Below are positions 38,545 to 50,585 of a stretch of 64,000 nt of DNA, piece after piece. Positions within the stretch are counted from its first letter, which is position 1. Each line of letters opens with the position of its first letter. The translations under genes were made by a program, and so were the position numbers. Under the pieces are notes generated by a model. It worked only from the letters and a program-made list of their open reading frames with translations, ran no database searches and was not told the DNA's origin. Location: positions 79,824,569-79,888,568 of the forward strand of contig NC_092377.1 of NCBI RefSeq assembly GCF_030028105.1, read 5' to 3'. Origin of the DNA: Mobula birostris (taxonomy: Eukaryota).

Positions 38545-39456
38545 TATAACTGGATGACTGTTGAATCTTATTCATTATCGTTAAAAGTGTACTCAGGCAT
38601 CCATCTGGGTAATGCTAGCATAATAGTCTGTGCCTTTAAGTGGAGACGGAGATGCCGTTACGCACGCACGGGATAGTGGGGGAGACTATTTTTGTTTTCG
38701 GCAGAAGAAGCTGGTGGGGCTTTGGGATTAAGTTCCTCCCAGAGATACTGGGCATGGTGAGGAACGGTGAGTATTAATTGACGATATCCATGTGAATTCG
38801 TTTATGCTTGTTGGCGAATCGAGAATATCGATAATTTGACACGTTTTACATGTGGATGCTTTAGATTTTCACGAGTGAAGGCATCGGCGCTGGATAGCGT
38901 GGCTTGTGCAAAGTTCCTCACTGGCCAAGTAGTTCAGTCTTCCTGTAGTTTAACTACCAGGCAATACCTTGTAAAAGTTGTGCCAAAGTGAACCTTTTGT
39001 CTAACGTTATTGTATCATGACTGATTGTGAATGTAACAGCGTAACGTGAATGTTTAGTCTCCGTTTGGAAGTTCAGCACATGTGTACTAAAAAGTAGTAG
39101 ATGTCTTAGACGAGATGTATTCGCTTATGTTTTCGCTGCCATGTATAAGGTACAGGGTTGGTGGGATTCTAAGGTTGTTTGTATTGTGTTCCTTCAGAAT
39201 TGCCACTACCGTATTAGTTCTGTATTAGTTTTGTGTGGTTTTCTTTTTGTATTTTTATACTGCATACGCAATTTGTCGATACACAAGGGCGTGGATCGAA
39301 AGTTTAACTGAGATTGTAACGGCAGGAACAGGTTGTAAGTTCGTTCATTTTGTTTTGAGACCCTCTTCCGGCACTAAAACATCTAAAACAGATAGAGGAA
39401 TTAAAACCCGAAAAAGTATCTGTTGTCCTGGGTATGTATTTTTCCCCAGGCTACAA
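38545..39456. other. Unclassified ~912-bp non-coding insertion lacking CpG depletion, flanked by AATATA
   Basis: Splits a Rex/Babar-type tail (agaatcataatcaggtttatt|...|gtcatgaaatttggggttttgtgacagcagtacagtgc). About 34 CpG by hand count; no TIR, LTR or long ORF. Confidence 0.7.
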
Positions 39457-39599
39457 AATATAAGTCATGAAATTTGGGGTTTTGTGACAGCAGTACAGTG
39501 CAAGACATACAAAAATACATTAAGTCCCAATAAGTAAATAAATAATTTTGTGAAAGAGGTAGTGTTCATAGACCAGTGGGGGGGGAAGAAGCTGTCAGT

Positions 39600-39990
39600 A
39601 TAGCAGTGAGCAGTCAGTCCAGATCAGTGAGTTCAGCAGTAAGCTGCCATTACAGGCCCATGAGTTCAGGAGGGATGAGAGTACAGGAGTGAACTGCCAG
39701 AGAGTATGGGGGGAGGTGGGGGGGGGGACAAGAGAGAGGTCAGTATAGGTCAGTTTGTACAAGAGAGACGAGAGAGAAGTAACTACGAATCAGCGAGTAC
39801 AGCAGTAAACAGTCAGATCAGGTCAGTGGGTGCAGGAGGGACAAGAGAGGAGTAACTATGAAAAAGAGAGAGTACAGCATTAAACAATTGGATCAGGTCA
39901 GTGGGTGCAGGAGGGAGGAGAGAGGAGACAGTACAGGTCAGAGAGTACAGGTACAAGTGAATACGTCAAGGTACAAGGTACAAGTTAGAG
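39600..39990 (+). repeat. Degenerate minisatellite-like repeat (~74-bp unit, two clear copies)
   Basis: agtaacta..gagtacagca..aaaca..gatcaggtcagtgggtgcaggaggga occurs at ~39775-39845 and ~39848-39920. Confidence 0.6.
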
Positions 39991-40104
39991 GAATTTTGGT
40001 TTACTGAGGGACTACTGTGAAAAAGTTATATACAGTATTTGTTTATTTTTAGTTGAACAGGCACGGCCATACTGTGTAACTAACCAAACATTGTTTCAGA
40101 ATTA

Positions 40105-41590
40105 CAGTGGCATGCAAAAGTTTGCGCACCCCGGTCAAAATTTCTGTTCCTGTGAATAGCTAACTGAGTAAAAGATGAACTGATTTCCAAAAGGCATGAA
40201 GTTAAAGATGACACATTTCTTTAATATTTAAAAAAAAACTTTTTTATTTCCATCTTTTACAGTTTCAAAATAACAAAAAAGGAAAAGGGCCCGAAGCAAA
40301 AGTTTGGGCACCCTGCATGGTCAGTACTTAGTATCACCCCCTTTGGCAAGTATCACAGCTTGTAAACGCCTTTTGTAGCCAGCTAAGAGTCTTTCAATTC
40401 TTATTTGGGGGATTTTTGCCCATTCTTCCTTGCAAAAGCCTTCTGTGAGATCCTTGGGCCGTCTTGCATGCACGGCTCTTTTGAGGTCTATCCACAGATT
40501 CTCGATTATGTTTAGGTCAGGGGACTGTGACGGCCATGGCAAAACCTTCAGCTTGCATCTCTTGAGGTAGTCCATTGTGGATTTTGAGGCGTGTTTAGGT
40601 TCATTATCCTGTTGTAGAAGCCATCCTCTTTTCATCTTCGGTTTTTTTACAGACAGTGTGATGTTTGCTTCGAGAATTTGCTGGTATTTAATTGAATTCA
40701 TTCTTCCCTCTACCAGTAAATCGATCCACCCCCGTGCTTCTATTCAAAAGGTTCAAGGGAACATCTAAAGAAGCCTGATGCATTTTGGAAACAAGTCCTC
40801 TGGACTGATGAAGTTAAAATAGATCTTTTTGGCTGCAATGAGCAAAGGTATGTTTGGAGAAAAAAGGATGCAGAATTTCATGAAAGGAACACCTCTCCAA
40901 CTGTTAAGCACGGGGGTGGATCGATCATGCTTTGGGCTTATGTTGCAGCCAGTGGCACAGGGAACATTTACTGGTAGAGGGAAGAATGAATTCAATTAAA
41001 TACCAGCAAATTCTCGAAGCAAACATCACACCGTCTGTTAAAAAGCTGAAGATGAAAACAGGATGGCTTCTACAACAGGATAATGAACCTAAACGCACCT
41101 GAAAATCCACAATGGACTACCTCAAGAGGCGCAAGCTGAAGGCTTTGCCATGGCCCTCACAGTGCCCCGACCTAAACATCATCAAGAATCTGTGGATAGA
41201 CCTCAAAAGAGCAGTACATGCAAGACAGCCCAAGAATCTCACAGAACGAGAAGGCTTTTGCAAGGAAGAATGGGTGAAAATCCTCCAAACAAGAACTGAA
41301 AGACTCTTAGCTGGCTACAAAAAGCACTTACAAGCTGTGATACTTGCCAAAGGGGGTGTTACTAAGTACTGCCATGCAGGGTGCCCAAACCTTTGCTCCA
41401 GGCCCTTTTCCTTTTTCGTTATTTTGAAATTGTAAAAGATGGAAATAAAAAAGTTTTCTTGCTTAAAATATTAAAGAAATGTGTCATCTTTAACTTTATG
41501 CCTTTTGGAAATCAGTTCATCTTTTACTTGCTTAGCTATTCACAGTAACAGAAATTTTGACCGGGGTGCCCAAACTTTTGCATGCCACTG
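40105..41590. mobile_element. Tc1 (DD34E, IR/DR type) foldback element composed of two right ends
   Basis: TA|cagtggcatgcaaaagtttg...caaacttttgcatgccactg|TA. The transposase C-terminus QQDN-(34)-E..WPSQSPDLNIIENLW is present on both strands (40321-40701 minus; ~40986-41370 plus). Confidence 0.92.
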
Positions 41591-43039
41591 TATATTCTGA
41601 ATCACTATTTAACTTCACCACCAACTGAGCTATCTGCCTTATCACTAAATGAAAAGCATTATTTTCTCAAAATTGGCAATAATTTTTTATATTTTATGGT
41701 AGCCTAGCAACATACCACTGATTTACGATAAATTGCATAGAGCCTGGACTTTATTTGCAATAACTTCACTGCCTAGTTCCCTTTGCTTTCGCATCATTAC
41801 TTGCAGTGATGTGACTGTGACTTGGATCTAATAACAGTGATATCCTGATTTATGTTCCCTGCAACATCTAAACACTCTGTTGCTTCCTGACTTGGAAGGA
41901 TTTTTTAAAAAATAAGCTTGAGATCCTAAAACAGACACTTAAGTTATCTGAATTCATACAGTCTATTTAAAGACTAACCTAATAACAGCCAGGCCTTATG
42001 TTGTAATGTGACCAGACAGATCATATCCTCATTAAATAAAACATTTCAACTTTATAAGCCGCTTGCTTGATGCTCCCTCTACAGTAAAAGTTGCATTATG
42101 AATAATCTCCACTGATCAGACATGTCAAAAATCCTAGAAAAATGACAAACCAGATTAAATATATTTTATTTTTTGAGCTATACGCTCTTAATGTACAAGT
42201 TATCCAAGAATAAGTAGCATTTTCCCACAGATATCTGAGAGAAGACATTATCTGGGAGAAGACAGACCCTGAACAGAAAGCTGGTGTTACCAAACTTCAT
42301 CAAATTCTTGCAGTAAGGTCCAATATAAAAATATTCAAGGTTTATGGGTATTATTGTGATTATGTTATTAGACTGTTAATCCAGTAAGTCAAAATTCAAA
42401 TCATGCCATGGAATTTTGAGAATCCAAATCCAGTTTTTGTTTTTGAAAGGTCAAAATTTAATTCCTGCAAACAGTATCCATGGCCTTGAAGTAGAATTAT
42501 TATCTGAAAAGATGACTCATTTTTCAGAGGCTAAGACGTTACCTAATCTATCAAGTACAGGGCTCCCCTGGTTATGAATCACCTGACGTACTATACAAAT
42601 TTTCTCATACATTCTTAAGAATTTTTCAAGCTAGTAATACAAATAAAATATTTAATGGTAATCATTAATAACAGGATAGTATATCATTTTAATTAGGGGT
42701 AGAGCTAGAGTGACTCTACAGCGTAATGAAAGAAATACAACATGACATACACAGAGTGATACCATACAGGTAGCTATAGAAAACAGTCGTTCCTGACTTA
42801 CAGAGAAATTGATTTACAGAGTCTTCTCAGGAACAAAATACATTTATTATCGAAGTACGTATACTATATACAACCTTGAGATTTATCTTCTTACAGGCAG
42901 CCACAAAACAAAGAAAGACAATAGAACCCACTAAAAAAACCCACACAATAAATACCATCAAACACCCAATGTGTGAAAAAACAAATCATGCAATCAGTAA
43001 AAAACAAATGAAGCGAATAGCTCACAGAATTTGAACCGC

Positions 43040-43260
43040 AGAGGCCACAGCCACAGAGCTAGTTGAGTGTTACAGCCAATCCAGAAGACTAATGGCTTCA
43101 GGCCACAGCCACAGAGCCAACTCAGTGCTGGGGCAAGTGAGGCAGTCCAGAAGCCTGATGGCTGCAAACCATAGACATGGAGCTCGTTCAGTGCTGAGGT
43201 GAGTGGTGATGGTTGCAGGTCATAGTTACAGAATCAGTTCAGCACTTAGGCGAGTAAAAA
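43040..43260 (+). repeat. Degenerate ~60-bp tandem repeat inside an unclassified interspersed element (~42830-43470)
   Basis: ggccacagccacagagc..cagtg..tccagaag..atggct recurs 3-4 times. Confidence 0.5.
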
Positions 43261-43781
43261 TCACAGTGTAGAGAGCCGAACACCAGGTTGTCCTTTGCCC
43301 CTGGCCTTGACACCTTGATTTTTAAAACCTAGCTCAACCAAGCATCTGTTCAATTTTCGCTCTTGAACGCAGGCCTCAAGTCAGCTCCAGCGTTGGCACC
43401 GCGGTTGTAGCTGCATTTTCGGGAGTCCAGTTCGTTGAATCCTTCAGGATACCGTGAAAATGCCAGAACAGAACCCTTAAGTAACCCAGGACATGGTTTC
43501 AGTCCTTGATCAATACTCAGAAATATCCTCTGGATAGATCAAACAAAGCAGTACAGATCACTGCCACCACTTTCTCAACACAACTTGAAATATGACTAAA
43601 AGAACTAAGAGGAGGATAAGGCCATGTGCTTCCCTCAAGTCTGCGTTGCCATTCAGCAAGATCATGGCTGCACTGATCATTGGCTTCAGCAGTTCTGGAA
43701 TTCTTTAGTATCTATAGATCAGTTTACCTCAGCCTCAAAGATCAAAGGATTACAGCAACCAAGAAAAGAAAGTTCCTCCTC

Positions 43782-43874
43782 CTGTCCTGACGAAGGGTCT
43801 CGGCCTGAAACGTCGACTACCTCTTCCTAGAGATGCTGCCTGGCCTGCTGCGTTCACCAGCAACTTTGATGTGT
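43782..43874 (+). ncRNA. 93-bp insertion made of an intact minimal hammerhead ribozyme plus the pLTR end
   Basis: GTC CTGACGA AGGGTCTCGGCCT GAAA CGTC GAC (43784-43817); 10-bp TSD GTTCCTCCTC (43772-43781 and 43875-43884) within a CR1 remnant. Confidence 0.8.
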
Positions 43875-44381
43875 GTTCCTCCTCTTCATAATCTTCAATA
43901 GCCTCCTAGTTCCAAATTCCCCTCCGTGGGATGCATTGTCTCATCAACAACTCTATAAATGTCCTCAGAATCCTATGTCTCAATGTTATCACCTATCATC
44001 ATTCTAAACTCCAGTGGGTGCATGCCCAATCTGCTCTATCTTTCCTTATAAGGAATTGGGTAGCTCTGTGGACCCTCATTGACATAATGGGATGAATGAC
44101 TTTCTTCAATGTTGTGAGGAAATAGTTCAGTCCATCCCAGGAATCAGTTTAATGACATTTGACTGCACTGTCTCCAATGCAAGTACATGCTGTCTCCTAG
44201 TTATGGATGCCAGATTTATGGATATCGCTGCATGTGAATGAGATTCCAAAATGTCACTAAATTCAAAAGTATGATGTATGCACTTACGTTGATTCCTACA
44301 AATGGAAGAACTAGCTTCATCTTTTCTCTCTATTTCCACTTGTACTAATTGTTTCTTTTAAACAGTCTAATGTTCTTTTGA

Positions 44382-47248
44382 AAACGCAAACAACAGGAAT
44401 TCTGCAGATGCTGGAAATTCAAGCAACACACATCAAAGTTGCTGGTGAACACAGCAGGCCAGGCAGCATCTATAGGAAGAGGTACAGTCGACGTTTCAGG
44501 CCGAGACCCTTCGTCAGGACTAACTGAAGGAAGAGTGAGTAAAGGATTTGAAAGTTGGAGGGCGAGGGAGAGATCCAAAATGATAGGAGAAGACAGGAGG
44601 GGGAGGGATGGAGCCAAGAGCTGGACAGGTGATAGGCAAAAGGGGATACGAATCATGGGACAGGAGGTCCGGGAAGAAAGACAAGGGGGGGGGACCCAGA
44701 GGATGGGCAAGAGGTATATTCAGAGGGACAGAGGGAGAAAAAGGAGAGTGAGAGAAAGAATGTGTGCATAAAAATAAGTAACAGATGGGGTACGAGGGGG
44801 AGGTGGGGCCTTAGCGGAAGTTAGAGAAGTCGATGTTCATGCCATCAGGTTGGAGGCTACCCAGACAGAATATAAGGTGTTGTTCCTCCAACCTGAGTGT
44901 GGCTTCATCTTTACAGTAGAGGAGGCCGTGGATAGACATGTCAGAATGGGAATGGGATGTGGAATTAAAATGTGTGGCCACTGGGAGATCCTGCTTTCTC
45001 TGGCGGACAGAGCGTAGATGTTCAGCAAAGCGGTCTCCCAGTCTGCGTCGGGTCTCACCAATATATAAAAGGCCACATCGGGAGCACCGGACGCAGTATA
45101 TCACCCCAGTCGACTCACAGGTGAAGTATTGCCTCACCTGGAAGGATTGTTTGGGGCCCTGAATGGTGGTAAGGGAGGAAGTGTAAGGGCATGTGTAGCA
45201 CTTGTTCCGCTTACACGGATAAGTGCCAGGAGGGAGATCAGTGGGGAGGGATGGGGGGAACGAATGGACAAGGGAGTTGCGTAGGGAGCGATCCCTGCAG
45301 AATGCAGGGGGGGGAGGAGGGAAAGATGTGCTTAGTGGTGGGATCCCGTTGGAGGTGGCGGAAGTTACGGAGAATAATATGTTGGACCCGGAGGCTGGTG
45401 GGGTGGTAGGTGAGGACCAGGGGAATCCTATTCCTAGTGGGGTGGCGGGAGGATGGAGTGAGAGCAGATGTACGTGAAATGGGGGAGATGCCTTTAAGAG
45501 CAGTGTTGATAGTGGAGGAAGGGAAGCCCCTTTCTTTAAAAAAGGAAGACACCTCCCTCGTCCTAGAATGAAAAGCCTCATCCTGACAGCAGTTGCGGCG
45601 GAGACGGAGGAATTGCGAGAAGGGGATGGCGTTTTTGCAAGAGACAGGGTGAGAAGAGGAATAGTCCAGATAGCTGTGAGAGTCAGTAGGCTTATAGTAG
45701 ACATCAGTGGATAAGCTGTCTCCAGAGACAGAGACAGAAAGATCTAGAAAGGGGAGGGAGGTGTCGGAAATGGATCAGGTAAACTTGAGGGCAGGGTGAA
45801 AGTTGGAGGCAAAGTTAATAAAGTCAATGAGTTCTGCATGCGTGCAGGAAGCAGCGCCAATGCAGTCGTCGATGTAGCGAAGGAAAAGTGGGGGACAGAT
45901 ACCAGAATAGGCACGGAACATAGATTGTTCCACAAACCCAACAAAAAGGCAGGCATAGCTAGGACCCATACGGGTGCCCATAGCTACACCTTTAGTTTGG
46001 AGGAAGTGGGAGGAGCCAAAGGAGAAATTATTAAGAGTAAGGACTAATTCCGCTAGACGGAGCACAGTGGTGGTAGAGGGAAACTGATTAGGTCTGGAAT
46101 CCAAAAAGAAGCGTAGAGCTTTGAGACCTTCCTGATGGGGGATGGAAGTATATAAGGACTGGACATCCATGGTGAAAATAAAGCGGTGGGGGCCAGGGAA
46201 CTTAAAATCATCGAAAAGTTTAAGAGCGTGAGAAGTGTCACGAACATAGGTCGGAGGGGATTGAACAAGAGGTGATTAAACCGTGTCGAGGTATGCAGAA
46301 ACGAGTTCGGTGGGGCAGGAGCAAGCTGAGACAATAGGTCGGCCAGGACAGGCAGGTTTGTGGATCTTGGGTAGGAGGTAGAAACGGGAAGTGCGGGGTG
46401 TGGGAACTATAAGGTTGGTAGCAGTGGATGGGAGATCCCCTGAGCGGATAAAGTCGGTGATGGTGTGGGAGACAATGGCCTGGTGCTCCTTAGTGGGGTC
46501 ACGATCGAGGGGTAAATAAGAGGAGGTATCCGCGAGTTGTCGCTGTGCCTCGGCAAGGTAGAGGTCAGTACGCCAGACTACAACAGCACCCCCTTTATCG
46601 GCGGGTTTAATAATAAGGTTAAGATTAGTGCGGAGGGAGTGGAGAGCAGAGCGTTCCGAAAGAGTGAGGTTGAAATGGGGACAAGGTGCGGTGAAGTCGA
46701 GACAGTTGATGTCCCGTCGGCAGTTAGCGATAAAGAGATCCAGAGCAGGCAGAAGACCAGAGCGGGGTGTCCATGAAGAAGAGGAGGGTTGAAGACGGGA
46801 GAAGGGGTCATCGGTGGGGGTGGAAGAATCCTTGCCGAAGAAGTAGGCTCGGAGACGGAGACGGCGGAAGAAAAGTTCTGCATCGTGGCGAACACGGAAC
46901 TCGCTGAGGTGTGGGCGAAGGGGGACAAAGGTGAGGCCCTTACTGAGGACAGAGCGTTCTGCCTCCGACAGTTGAAGGTCGGAGGGGATGGTAAAGACCC
47001 AGCATGGATGAGAGCTGGGATCAGAGGGGGGAGGGGGGAGGCTGGGGGTGTCAATGGAGAGGGGAGGGTTGGGGTGAGAGGAAGATGGAGTCTCTGAGGG
47101 CCCAGGAGTTGACGGTGGGATCTGATGAAGGCAGGGCTGCGGAGTGGTGGTGGGGGAAGGGGAGACGGGAGTCACAACAGCAGCACATAAAGACCCGGCC
47201 TGGAGTTCAAGGCTGGAGTCGCAGTTGGTTGTTGCGCAACTGGAGACC
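44382..47248 (-). mobile_element. Long Penelope-like (Neptune-type) element: N-terminal domain, RT and GIY-YIG; pseudogenised
   Basis: LSEAERSVLSKGLTFVP, IKPADKGGAVVVW, FYLLPKIHKP..GRPIVS, MDVQSLYTSIP, GVAMGTRMGPSYA, LRYIDDCIG, and GVIYCVRC..LYIGET. Disabled by TAA at 46276, TGA at 45775 (TGG in the 14-16 kb copy) and a frameshift in the G-run at ~45305-45320. Confidence 0.93.
44486..44521 (-). ncRNA. Intact minimal type-I hammerhead ribozyme in the Penelope pLTR
   Basis: AGTC CTGACGA AGGGTCTCGGCCT GAAA CGTC GACT: full core, helix I AGTC/GACT, palindromic ACGT helix III. Confidence 0.8.
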
Positions 47249-49069
47249 TCTAATACTTTTGACAGAGTAATTAAGTAGGAATTGATTCCAACGACAGAAG
47301 GTACGATTGACGTAGAACCAGAAGCGATCAGTTTTTAATTCATAGGTAATATATAGTACAAGTGGAAAGGACAGATTAATAGAATGGGTACAGAGTCAAT
47401 GGACTGAATACCTTCTGCATAATTCAGTCAAAACTCTATGCAATAGCATAAACCAAAACTCATATAACAGACAGACATTTAGCTCCAGCAAAAATGATAG
47501 ATTTCATTATTTATTGCTTGATATTTTTGCTGAATACCCCATGGCATCTGTTATGCTTCAGTGAAGAAAGTGAAGAGCTGTGTTAGGGATGTTATACTAG
47601 GGCAGCTGAGAACACTTCAGCAGAAAACCAGGGAGTTGAAAGTCAAATGCATTTGGGATTACACCTCTAGTTTAACTCAGTACAAATATAGCTCAATATA
47701 TTTGATTGATTGTCTGTGGAAAAGTCACACGGCAGAAGCCAATCACTTTCAAAAATAAATATACTCTGTAATTTGTTCAGCTAGATGCATGGCCAAAATC
47801 TCGTTGTGAATTAAGCTGTTATGTATATCCTACAAGTATTGGCAGCTATTCCAAAGGCATTTGCACAGGTTTAAATCACTGAATTACTCTGAAACTCCAC
47901 ACTGTGCCATTTAGCTCTTGTGCTGAAAACACTGAAAGATAATAATACTCTATATAGAAAGCTTCATTAAAAATGACAACTCTCCAGCAACTACATGGAG
48001 CCAGAAATATGATTATACTCCATAACATTTTTAATCAGCATTCAATCTGCTTTTGGATCAAAAACAATTGTTTGGTGTAGTTAGGCCCTCTATGTGCATC
48101 TAGCAGCGAGAGTAGATTGCACCATACATCTGACTTGCTCCGAAGATATGACTAATTTTGCTTTTCCAGCAGACCTGGAGGTCAGTTGCAGCACAAGATA
48201 AAGGGTCTGTCCCTCCTCTGGAGTTTATCAGTAAGACAGTCTGGAATTGTCATGGATGGATTGCTTCTTTCATGGGTGTTCGGATGATCACACCCCAAGA
48301 ACGTATGATCCCAAAGGCTGTATGATTACATCATACATCACTGAGTTCAAGAACAGCTACTTCCCTTTATCCATTTGGTTCTTGAACAAACTGGTGAAAC
48401 TCTAATCACTATAGTTTAGAAAACCAGTGACTATTTTGCACAAAAATTGACTTTTTTGGTCTGTATTTGCCAGGAAAAATTATGTATAATTCAAGTTTTC
48501 ATGTGCATGCTGCTTATCTGATGCCATGTGCCTGTGATATTGCCAGAAGTAGGTTTTTTTTATTGCACTTGTGCATAAATGTACTTGGATATACAACAGT
48601 CAAATTAACTTTGACAAGAATGGCACAATGTCCGACTGACTTTTGGAGATGTGCAATACTTACAAACATCTCCTATCCACACCTTTGCCTCAATTCAGTT
48701 CTACTTATGAATTATTGCTATGATGGGAGATCATGCTTTGAAGATTTTTGCCTCAGACAATTTTCAAAGTACTGAGACATTTCGTGTACAATTTTATAGA
48801 AGGTTGTGGACTCACAATTCCTTCACCCATCAATTGCTACACCATTGTAGGAATTTGCTTTTCCTTTGCCCCGCATAAAATTGCCCTTACCTTAGTCAAT
48901 TGAACAAAGAATAACAAAATGGTCAAGCAAGCAGAGCTGCCTCAGCTACTTGTAAACTGATATGAAAACAGAAAATGCTGGAAATACTCAGCTAGCCAGG
49001 CAACAAATGTGGAGAGAAATTGAGTTCATGTTTCTGGTCTGCAATTCTTTATCAGAATTAGGTTATACT

Positions 49070-49410
49070 TGTCTAAGGCCTAGACAGAGTGGACACGGAG
49101 AGGATCTTTCAATAGAAGGAGTGTCTAGGACCAGGGACACAGCCTCAGAATACAAGGGTGTCCTTTGGAACGGAGATGAGGAGGAATTCCTTCAAGACAG
49201 AGGATGGTGAATTCATTGCCACAGATAGCTGTAGAGGCCAAGTTAATGGGTATATTTAAAGTGGATGTTGATTGGTTCTTGATTAGTAAGAATGTCAAAG
49301 GTTACGGGGTAAAGACAGAAGAATGGAGTTGAGAGGGATAATAAATCAGCCATGATTGAAAGGTGGAGTAGACTCAATGGGCCGAGTCTGCTCCACCATT
49401 CAATCATCTT
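49070..49410 (+). mobile_element. CR1 3' fragment ending in a 24-bp foldback
   Basis: tctaggaccagggacacagcctcagaat...; hairpin at 49352-49407. Confidence 0.7.
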
Positions 49411-50375
49411 CAATTAATTTGGTTGAGGGAAGACAATATACTCAGACATCTCCCCCTTTTTGAACTAATACTACAGGATCTTTCACATCCTCTTGAAGGA
49501 GTAGACGAAATCACATGTAAACAACATTATCCAAAAGTTGTCACCTTTAACAGGGCAGCATCACCCTAGCAACAAAACAACCTGCTCGGTGAACTCAGCA
49601 GGTCAAGCAGCAACTGTGGGATGAAAGGAATTGTTAACATTTCGGGCAAAGATGCTGCTCAACCTGGTGATTTCCTCCAGCAAATTGGTTATTGCTCCAG
49701 ATTCCAGCAACTGCAGTTTCTTGTGTCACCATAGCACCATCCCAGGACTGCATCAGAGTGTCAGTCTCAACTTTGGAGTGAGACAGACACCTTCAACCTT
49801 CTAAACCAAAGAAGACATATATAATTTCAGGCAGATATTTGCATGTTCACTGATGCAATTGGTTAGTTCTCTTACCTTTTGATATTTTAAGCAATATTCT
49901 TCATCATGGTGAAGTGACACAATTAACTCTCCGAACTTTCTACAAGTTGCATGCCTTTGTCTGAATCTACAGAGCAAGACCTGTCCTACTCTGTTTGGAA
50001 AGTGAAGGCAGTGCTCAGACCAACAAAAATATCCTGTGGTCACAGGTAAGGGCGAGCAAAATTGCCACAGGCAGACTGCACTGTAGTTTCCACCACCCTT
50101 GACAAACATGCATAGAGATTGAAGGAACATGTTCTCATTCAGTGAATCAACTTAAAAATTAAATTTACATCAGGCAGTGTGGTAATCAAAGCAAAAAATC
50201 CAGATTTACCAAGAAATTAAAGCTCCTAAGGTAAGAATCGAAAGGAAACTATGAGAATCACAGTCCCAATGAATGGTCTCGGCCTGAAACATCAACTGTC
50301 TACTCTCTTCCATAGAAGCTGCCTGGCCTGCTGAATTCCTCAATTATTTTGTGTGTGTTGCTTTGGATGTTTTTT

Positions 50376-50585
50376 TAGATTATGAGAACACTCAGTCCTC
50401 TTTTATTGTCATTTAGAAATGCATACGTATATTAAGAAATGATACAATGTTTCTCCAGAGTGATATCACAGAAAACGGGACAAACCAAAGACTACCACTG
50501 ACAGAACCACATAATTATAGTTACAGCAGTGCAAAACAATACCATAATTTGATGAAGAACAAACCATGGGCACGGTAAAAAAAAA
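50376..50585 (-). mobile_element. LINE 3'-UTR fragment (same family as 8111-8370) nested in a degenerate Penelope pLTR (~50262-50620)
   Basis: Reverse-complement match to ~8147-8365; the host carries a decayed hammerhead, cccaatgaatggtctcggcctgaaacatc. Confidence 0.7.

Noticed and set aside
38545-39456. Interpreting the anomalous insert as a Helitron, an Obelisk/viroid-like cDNA, a NUMT or a recoded gene
   Set aside because: No A|TC...CTRR|T ends, no rod-like end-to-end complementarity, no hammerhead core and no long ORF. The plus frames contain mixed TAA/TAG/TGA stops, so a single codon reassignment does not open them.
43040-43260. CRISPR-like array
   Set aside because: The units are degenerate tandem repeats without unique spacers, in a vertebrate context with no cas genes.
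49876-49990. Exon-like minus-strand segment (cag|..VGQVLLCRFRQRHATCRKFGELIVSLHHDEEYCLKYQK|gtaag)
   Set aside because: Good splice signals but no resemblance to PLCB1 or any protein I recognise; such pseudo-exons are expected by chance in 60 kb. Would need RNA-seq support.
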